Shown: in pieces, positions 58,576 to 64,000 of the stretch
Layout of the letters: every line of letters starts with the position of its first letter
Position numbering within the stretch: the first letter of the stretch is position 1
NCBI GenBank assembly: GCA_041661765.1
Contig: JBAZTV010000002.1
Location: 203,279 to 267,278, forward strand
Source: Candidatus Shapirobacteria bacterium
Lineage (GTDB): Bacteria; Patescibacteriota; Microgenomatia; UBA12405
Direction of reading: 5' to 3'
DNA length: 64,000 nucleotides
Program-made: the position numbers and the translations under genes
Notes under the pieces: generated by a model
Told to the model about the DNA's origin: nothing
Database searches by the model: none
What the model saw: the letters and a program-made list of their open reading frames with translations, nothing else

Positions 58576-59406
58576 ATGTTTAAAAAGGGTTTAATGGGTT
58601 TATTGGTTCTATGTATGGTGTTTGGCTTATCAAGTATTGCTTTTGCAAGTAATGGAAATTCCGTTAATTGGAAAACCAATACAGTGTCACTGTCAGCAGA
58701 CGATTTTTATATCACTGTTGATGGAACAAGTTATGTCCCTAACGCTACCACAATAATCAATTCCGACCCTGGCGATCCAGAATACACCACTTTTGAAACC
58801 ACTTGGTTCCAAAATGGAGTTGAAATGAGAATGAATCTGTATTTTATGGCTAATTCTCAAAATTATTGGATCTCAGAAGCCAGAATTTACGACGGAAAAA
58901 ACCCAGTTAATTGGATAGTTCTTGATAATATCAAACTATTTCAATCACCACTGGAAAAGACCGTTAGTAAAGATTTCTTTTCTGTCAGCTTTAGTAATAG
59001 TGCCACGATTAATTTTAAAAATTTAAAATTAGAAGTGTTTCCCAAGGTTAAAAAACTAGTAGAAGAAAACGAAATTTCAATCTGCTCTGAATTATTTCTT
59101 GAAAAAGGAACCATTATTAGAGCATCAACCATTGCTTTTCTGACTTGTCCCGAAGGCGACGGCAAAACAACCCCAAAATACACTACATTGTTTTCTTCCG
59201 ATAAAAACAACATTATTGTCGTTTTGGATGAAGACATGCAAGTCTATTTAACCGAAGGAGGATATGTCTGTACTATTTTTGATGATGTCGATGAATATTT
59301 ATCAACACTTAAAAACCGATGCGACATCACTCCTAAAGCGGTTGTCCATATGGATAATCAAAAATCCCAGTTCATTCAACTTGTACTATCTCTTCTCCAG
59401 GATTAA
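58576..59406 (+). CDS. Secreted hypothetical protein inserted between thrS and infC
   Basis: Signal peptide MFKKGLMGLLVLCMVFGLSSIAFA; start at ATG 58576 after SD. Confidence 0.8.
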   Translation: MFKKGLMGLLVLCMVFGLSSIAFASNGNSVNWKTNTVSLSADDFYITVDGTSYVPNATTIINSDPGDPEYTTFETTWFQNGVEMRMNLYFMANSQNYWISEARIYDGKNPVNWIVLDNIKLFQSPLEKTVSKDFFSVSFSNSATINFKNLKLEVFPKVKKLVEENEISICSELFLEKGTIIRASTIAFLTCPEGDGKTTPKYTTLFSSDKNNIIVVLDEDMQVYLTEGGYVCTIFDDVDEYLSTLKNRCDITPKAVVHMDNQKSQFIQLVLSLLQD

Positions 59407-59411
59407 TCTCT

Positions 59412-59467
59412 AAAACCGGCAGGTATTTGCGAACATTTTGTTCAAAAATATTTCTGCCGGTTTTTTC
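59412..59467 (+). terminator. Intrinsic terminator
   Basis: AAAACCGGCAG..CTGCCGGTTTTTT. Confidence 0.75.
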
Positions 59468-59586
59468 TTTTCTTTAGGTGAAATTTTAAACGAAGTGATA
59501 AAATTTTCCTAAAGACAAGACTCCGATTTATCGGAGCTATATTTTAATGATTTTCTCCTTCATTTCTGGTAAAATAGACAAATTAT

Positions 59587-60141
59587 ATGAGTAGTTTCAA
59601 AACTAATACCAATCGCAAATTTTACAAAATCAATCAGTACATTAATGCGCCAACTATTCGTCTTCTTAGTGACGACGGTAAACAAATTGGTATTGTCGCT
59701 CTTGAAGAAGCCCGAAAACAATCTTTTGAAACTGGCTTAGATTTAGTCGAAATTAACGGTAAAGCTGTTCCACCAGTCGTTAAACTAATTAGCTTTACCA
59801 AATTCAAATATCAAGAATCTAAAAAACTTCAAGCTGAAAAGAAAGGTATTAAGGGGGGAGACCTAAAAGAAATTCAAATGAGCCCATTTATTGGTGCTGG
59901 TGACTATGAAACTAGAATTAAAAAATCTCAAAAATTTTTAACTAGTGGAAATAAGATTAAATTAAGTGTAAAATTCCAAGGTCGCCAAATGAATCATCCG
60001 GAATTTGGCCACAATCTAATTGCTAAGGTTAAAACCGATTTACAAGATTTTGGAACTCCCGAAGGTGAGGCCAAATTAATCGGAAAAAGGTTAATGCTTA
60101 CATTCACACCTTCTAAAAAAAGCGGAGGAGTAAAAAAATGA
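59587..60141 (+). CDS. infC: Translation initiation factor IF-3
   Basis: INQYI, LDLVEI..PPVVK, GNKIK..FQGR. Confidence 0.96.
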   Translation: MSSFKTNTNRKFYKINQYINAPTIRLLSDDGKQIGIVALEEARKQSFETGLDLVEINGKAVPPVVKLISFTKFKYQESKKLQAEKKGIKGGDLKEIQMSPFIGAGDYETRIKKSQKFLTSGNKIKLSVKFQGRQMNHPEFGHNLIAKVKTDLQDFGTPEGEAKLIGKRLMLTFTPSKKSGGVKK

Positions 60142-60347
60142 AAAAACAGAGTAAAAAAATGAAAATCAAGAAATCTGTTTCTAACAGATTTGAAGTAACC
60201 AAAACTGGTAAAGTTTTGCGTATGTCATCTTTCAATCGACATTTACGTCGAAAGAAAAGTAAAAAACAATTACGCCGACTTAAAGGCAAACACCCAATTG
60301 CTAACGCATTGGCTATTAAAGTTAAAAAATTATTAGGTAGACTATAA
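60138..60347 (+). CDS. rpmI: 50S ribosomal protein L35
   Basis: KMKIKKSVSNRFEVTKTGK..RHL. Confidence 0.93.
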   Translation: MKKQSKKMKIKKSVSNRFEVTKTGKVLRMSSFNRHLRRKKSKKQLRRLKGKHPIANALAIKVKKLLGRL

Positions 60348-60353
60348 AATATT

Positions 60354-60698
60354 ATGAGAGTTAAAACTGGAACAGTTCGACGAGCTGCACATAAAAAAAT
60401 CTTAAAAGCCGCTAAGGGTTTTTGGATGACTCGTCACAAAAGATTTAAAGTTGCTAACGAAGCAGTTATGCACGCTGGTCAATACGCTTTTGTCGGCCGA
60501 CGTATTCGCCGCCGAGATATACGTCAATTATGGATCACTCGTTTAAATGCTGCTTTAAAACCATTCGAAATTAAATATTCTGCTTTCATTAATATGATGA
60601 AGGGTAAAAATGTCGAATTAAACCGAAAAATGTTATCCGAAATTGCCATTAATGATAATGCCACTTTTAAGTCCATCGTTGATTTTATGAAAAAATAA
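60354..60698 (+). CDS. rplT: 50S ribosomal protein L20
   Basis: MRVK, AKGF, RQLWITRLNAA, LNRKMLSEIA. Confidence 0.97.
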   Translation: MRVKTGTVRRAAHKKILKAAKGFWMTRHKRFKVANEAVMHAGQYAFVGRRIRRRDIRQLWITRLNAALKPFEIKYSAFINMMKGKNVELNRKMLSEIAINDNATFKSIVDFMKK

Positions 60699-60720
60699 GG
60701 GGACTTTTTTAAAAAAAATT

Positions 60721-60746
60721 AAAAGCCCCTGAGAAGGGGCTTTTTT
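60721..60746 (+). terminator. Intrinsic terminator after rplT
   Basis: AAAAGCCCCT-GAGA-AGGGGCTTTTTT. Confidence 0.85.
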
Positions 60747-60763
60747 AGTAAAATAAACCAACT

Positions 60764-61789
60764 ATGAATCAAAACTTGGAAGAAATTAAAAATCAATACC
60801 AAGCCAAAATTACCGACCTCAAAACCGACAAAGGATTAGAATCTTTAAGAATTGAATTATTTGGCCGCAACGGTTTGATTAATGATTTATTTTCCAAAAT
60901 TAAAGAAATTCCTAATGAAGGAAAAAAACAATACGGCGCCGATCTTAATCAATTAAAAACCGAACTAGAAGAATTATTTGTAGAGAAGCGCCGCCGGCAC
61001 GTCTCTACATCAAACCAAACGTCTCTACCTACAAAAGAAAACAAAAATATTTTTTCTTTACCAAAAATCGGCCATCTTCATCCTATTACCCAAACTGAAC
61101 GCGAGTTAAACGAAGTTTTTCGAAAACTTGGTTTCTCTGTTTACAATAGCCCCGAAATTGTCACTGACGAATTTAATTTCGAACGACTTAATGTTCCTCA
61201 AAATCATCCTGCCCGCGACATGCAAGACAGTATTTATATCAAAGAGCCAGAATACTTACTTCGTACCCAAACATCCACTATCGAATCATATTTATTAAAA
61301 GCCAAAAGCCAAGACCTGCCTATTCGTGCCGCTTTTCCAGGATCTGTTTTTCGAAATGAAAAAGTTAACCGTAGTAACCATTTCGTCTTTCATCAATATC
61401 AAGCTGTTGTCGTTGATAAAAATGTCACTATGAAAGATTTAATCGGTACCATGGATTTAATGTTTAAAACTCTCTATAGTTCTGACGTTGTCGTTCGTTA
61501 TCGCTGTAAATATTATCCTGAAGTCGAACCAGGTGTCGGTCCCGACATGCAATGTTTCAGTTGTCATGGAAAAGGTTGTCCACTGTGCAAATATGCTGGT
61601 TGGATTGAAATGGGCGGCAGTGGCATGATTCATCCTAAAGTTTTAGAAGCCGCCGGCATCGACTCTAAAATTTGGTCCGGGTTCGCTTTTGGCATGGGTC
61701 TCGACCGTTGGACCATGGCCCAAAAAAATATTAAAGACATTAGAACATTAATGGGTGGAAATTTAGCCTATAAACCCAACGAATTATGA
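60764..61789 (+). CDS. pheS: Phenylalanine--tRNA ligase alpha subunit
   Basis: GHLHP, HPARDMQDS, LLRTQTS, FRNE, GWIEMGGSGMIHP, GFAFGMG. Confidence 0.97.
   Translation: MNQNLEEIKNQYQAKITDLKTDKGLESLRIELFGRNGLINDLFSKIKEIPNEGKKQYGADLNQLKTELEELFVEKRRRHVSTSNQTSLPTKENKNIFSLPKIGHLHPITQTERELNEVFRKLGFSVYNSPEIVTDEFNFERLNVPQNHPARDMQDSIYIKEPEYLLRTQTSTIESYLLKAKSQDLPIRAAFPGSVFRNEKVNRSNHFVFHQYQAVVVDKNVTMKDLIGTMDLMFKTLYSSDVVVRYRCKYYPEVEPGVGPDMQCFSCHGKGCPLCKYAGWIEMGGSGMIHPKVLEAAGIDSKIWSGFAFGMGLDRWTMAQKNIKDIRTLMGGNLAYKPNEL
60979..61028 (+). repeat. Family B REP in frame in pheS linker, with a second partial arm
   Basis: TGTAGAGA-AGCGCCGCCGGCACG-TCTCTACA, then ACGTCTCTAC again at 61019; encodes VEKRRRHVST..TSLP. 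Confidence 0.8.
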
Positions 61790-63600
61790 AATTAATCTAT
61801 TCTCAACTTCAAAAATTCTTACCCGATCTAAAAATCGAACCACAACAACTCCGCGACGACTTAACCATGATCGGCCATTTTACTAATTTTTTTGAAGAAA
61901 TCGACAGTGAAATCGTTTTTGATCTAGACATTAAAGTCAACAGGGGAGACTGTCTCGGCTATTACGGCCTCGCCAAAGATTTATCCGTTTTTTACAACAT
62001 AAAATTAATTTCTCCCTTTCGTCAAAGGGAGATGCCCGAAGGGCAGAGGGATTTAGAAATTCTTCCAATCCAAATAACTACTGACAACGTCAAACGAGTC
62101 ATGGCTGTCAAAATTTCAAATTTTAAAAATAACTCTTCTCCTCAATGGCTCCAAACATTTTTAAAATGTCACAACACTAAATCCATCAATACTCTTGTTG
62201 ATTTAACCAACTACATCATGTTTTTATATGGCATTCCAAATCATGCCTTTGATACGGCCAAATCAACTGACAATTTAATTTGGGAAATGAATTCCAAATT
62301 CAAAGAATTCATCAGCCTCGACGGTTCCAAACTTTTTTTAGACAATAAAATTTTAATGATTAACAATCCCGACAAAACCCTCAGTCTTAGTTTTTGGGGA
62401 GGGGAGTCTTGTGCTATTGACTTAACCACTACTGAAACTATTATTGAATTAGCTATCTATGATCGCACTACTGTTCGCCAAAACAGCCGTCAATTAAAAT
62501 CCGTCACCGAAGCCAGTATTCGTCTTGAAAAAGATCTTGACTGCGAATTAATTCCCACCGCCTTTAATCACTTAGTTAATTTAATTTTAGAGAATTGTGG
62601 CGGCCAAATTAATTCTCAAATTTTTGATCATTATCCTCAAAAAACGAATTTACCTCAAATCGAATTTGACCCTAAAAAACCGTCCCTAGTTTCCGGCATC
62701 GACATCTCCACCAATTTTTCCCTCGACTGTTTAAAAAGATTAGACTGTCAAATAAACGGTTCAACTATAACTCCTCCAAGTCTCCGCAAAGACATTACTA
62801 TTGAAGCCGACCTAATCGAAGAAGTCATCCGTTTTTGGGGTTACCAAAAAATCCCTACCAATCAACCCTTAACTTTTAAAGAAATTTCCGACATTACTCC
62901 TAAAGAAATTTATTTAATCGAAAATCTCAAAGATCAATTAATTCAGCTCGGCTACGACGAAGTTTTAACCTGGCCTTTAATTACCAATTCAATTGATGAA
63001 AAAACTGTTATTAAAACCCAAAACAGTATTAATTCCGAGGCCGTCTATCTTCGTCAATCTTTAATTCCATCTCTAGTCCAACAACTCGACCAATATAATC
63101 GTTTTAAGTTACCAGAACCACAGTTTTTTGAAATCGGCAAAGTCTTTTTCAAAGATGGAAATAATTTTATTGAAAAAACCGCCTTAGGAATTTATAATTA
63201 TGATTCAGAAAAATTACAATTAGACATAAAAAATCTTAACCTCCCCCTTGTCAAAGGGGGACCGAGGGGGATTGATAACTTTGTCGAAATAATTTTAGAC
63301 GAATTACTTAAACCAGAAAAATATATCCCTAATCAGCAACAAAATAACGCCATCGAACTTACTTCACAAATAATTACTCTTGATGCCAATATTACTCTCG
63401 ACAACAAAGAAGATCCAATAAAATTAATTTTAAAATATTCTCAAATCATTAGTTCTAAATATCTTTGGAAATTAATCATCACTGATATTTATCAAGATCT
63501 TAAGACCAATAAATATCGCTATACTTTCCAAGCCTCTTATTTTAATTTGGATGACAAAACCGCCAAATCAATTCACCTAAAAACTTTTGATTTAATTTGA
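61786..63600 (+). CDS. pheT: Phenylalanine--tRNA ligase beta subunit, short form lacking the B2 OB domain
   Basis: NRGDCLG, NTLVDLTNYIM, HAFD, EASIRLEK, RKDITIEADLIEEVIR, LRQSL, FEIG. Confidence 0.93.
   Translation: MKLIYSQLQKFLPDLKIEPQQLRDDLTMIGHFTNFFEEIDSEIVFDLDIKVNRGDCLGYYGLAKDLSVFYNIKLISPFRQREMPEGQRDLEILPIQITTDNVKRVMAVKISNFKNNSSPQWLQTFLKCHNTKSINTLVDLTNYIMFLYGIPNHAFDTAKSTDNLIWEMNSKFKEFISLDGSKLFLDNKILMINNPDKTLSLSFWGGESCAIDLTTTETIIELAIYDRTTVRQNSRQLKSVTEASIRLEKDLDCELIPTAFNHLVNLILENCGGQINSQIFDHYPQKTNLPQIEFDPKKPSLVSGIDISTNFSLDCLKRLDCQINGSTITPPSLRKDITIEADLIEEVIRFWGYQKIPTNQPLTFKEISDITPKEIYLIENLKDQLIQLGYDEVLTWPLITNSIDEKTVIKTQNSINSEAVYLRQSLIPSLVQQLDQYNRFKLPEPQFFEIGKVFFKDGNNFIEKTALGIYNYDSEKLQLDIKNLNLPLVKGGPRGIDNFVEIILDELLKPEKYIPNQQQNNAIELTSQIITLDANITLDNKEDPIKLILKYSQIISSKYLWKLIITDIYQDLKTNKYRYTFQASYFNLDDKTAKSIHLKTFDLI
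62011..62054 (+). repeat. Family A element, long form, in frame in pheT
   Basis: TCTCCCTTT-CGTC-AAAGGGAGA, TGCCC-GAA-GGGCA, GAGGGATTT; encodes SPFRQREMPEGQRDL. Confidence 0.88.
63242..63273 (+). repeat. Family A element, short form, in frame in pheT
   Basis: TCCCCCTT-GTCA-AAGGGGGA-CCGAGGGGGATT; encodes LPLVKGGPRGI. Confidence 0.88.
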
Positions 63601-63652
63601 TTTTAACCAAACCAAACCTTTTTATTTTGTAAATATACACACATAATGCGTA

Positions 63653-63679
63653 TTAGCAAACAACACTATTATCTGCTAA
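63653..63679. promoter_or_regulatory. CIRCE-like inverted repeat between convergent genes
   Basis: TTAGCA-AACAACACTATTATC-TGCTAA (N15). Confidence 0.5.
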
Positions 63680-63709
63680 ACATCTACAAATTTCTATATT
63701 AGCCTATCT

Positions 63710-64000
63710 TTAGGGAATAGTTATTCCTGTTGACGAAGTAGTTATACCAGTTGATACCACTGTTGTAGTTGGTATATAATCCCAAGCAGTATTAATTCCA
63801 ATTCGTGATTCTTTTTCAGTGCTATTTCCATCTTTATCTGTTGCCTTAAATTTAAGCACATGTGAACCATCCGATAAATCGTTTATAGAAGTTTCATAAG
63901 GTTTCTCTGTCCAAGTTTTTCTTTCCACCCCATCCACCCACATTTTTACTTCCGTAATTTTTTTAGTCGAGGTTGTTGTAACTCTAATATTAAATTCCTT
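63710..64000 (-). CDS. C-terminal Ig-like domain and Thr-rich tail of a larger protein running off the window end
   Basis: Frame open to window end; VKMWVDG..LSDGSHVLKFKATDKDGN Ig motif. Confidence 0.7.
   Translation of the reverse strand, partial: KEFNIRVTTTSTKKITEVKMWVDGVERKTWTEKPYETSINDLSDGSHVLKFKATDKDGNSTEKESRIGINTAWDYIPTTTVVSTGITTSSTGITIP

Noticed and set aside
27511-59467. Integron attC sites after the 27169 and 58576 genes
   Set aside because: No RYYYAAC/GTTRRRY boxes and no intI; the hairpins with T tails fit terminators.
1341-62429. Short antisense or alternate-frame ORFs nested in long genes (for example 1341, 6086, 11048, 14263, 23813, 26578, 58941, 62241)
   Set aside because: Shadows of well-supported genes with no motifs or start signals.
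1-64000. CRISPR array or cas genes
   Set aside because: No regularly spaced repeat-spacer series; the palindromes are dispersed single copies.

Overview
AT-rich, gene-dense bacterial chromosome segment whose gene content (short trigger factor, short PheT, minimal HolA, DRG GTPase, PFL, surface proteins, mostly leaderless genes) fits a Patescibacteria/CPR genome, probably Microgenomates-like (inference). It carries about 65 CDS (dnaE, polX, ung, lexA, radC, ppsA, pflBA, buk, purM, tgt, efp, thrS-infC-rpmI-rplT-pheST and others) and 19 tRNA genes. I see no rRNA, CRISPR array, transposase or integrase. The most striking unannotated signal is two families of short GC-rich palindromic elements. 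Family A is CCC(C/T)CTT-GTCA-AAG(G/A)GGG, optionally a second hairpin, then a GAGGGATT-like tail (6 copies, all in the same chromosomal orientation). Family B is GTAG-type REPs (3 copies). Five copies lie in frame inside translation-related proteins (PheT twice, PheS, a MiaB/MtaB-like enzyme, a DRG GTPase). Other signals are three CIRCE-like TTAGCA-N15-TGCTAA sites away from chaperone genes, a boxA-like motif in the leaders of Shine-Dalgarno-led genes, a Thr-containing leader peptide plus hairpin before thrS, ATG codons 2-4 nt after tRNA 3' ends, and a single-gene cassette bounded by a duplicated tRNA-Val end. All calls come from motif recognition by eye; no database search was run.
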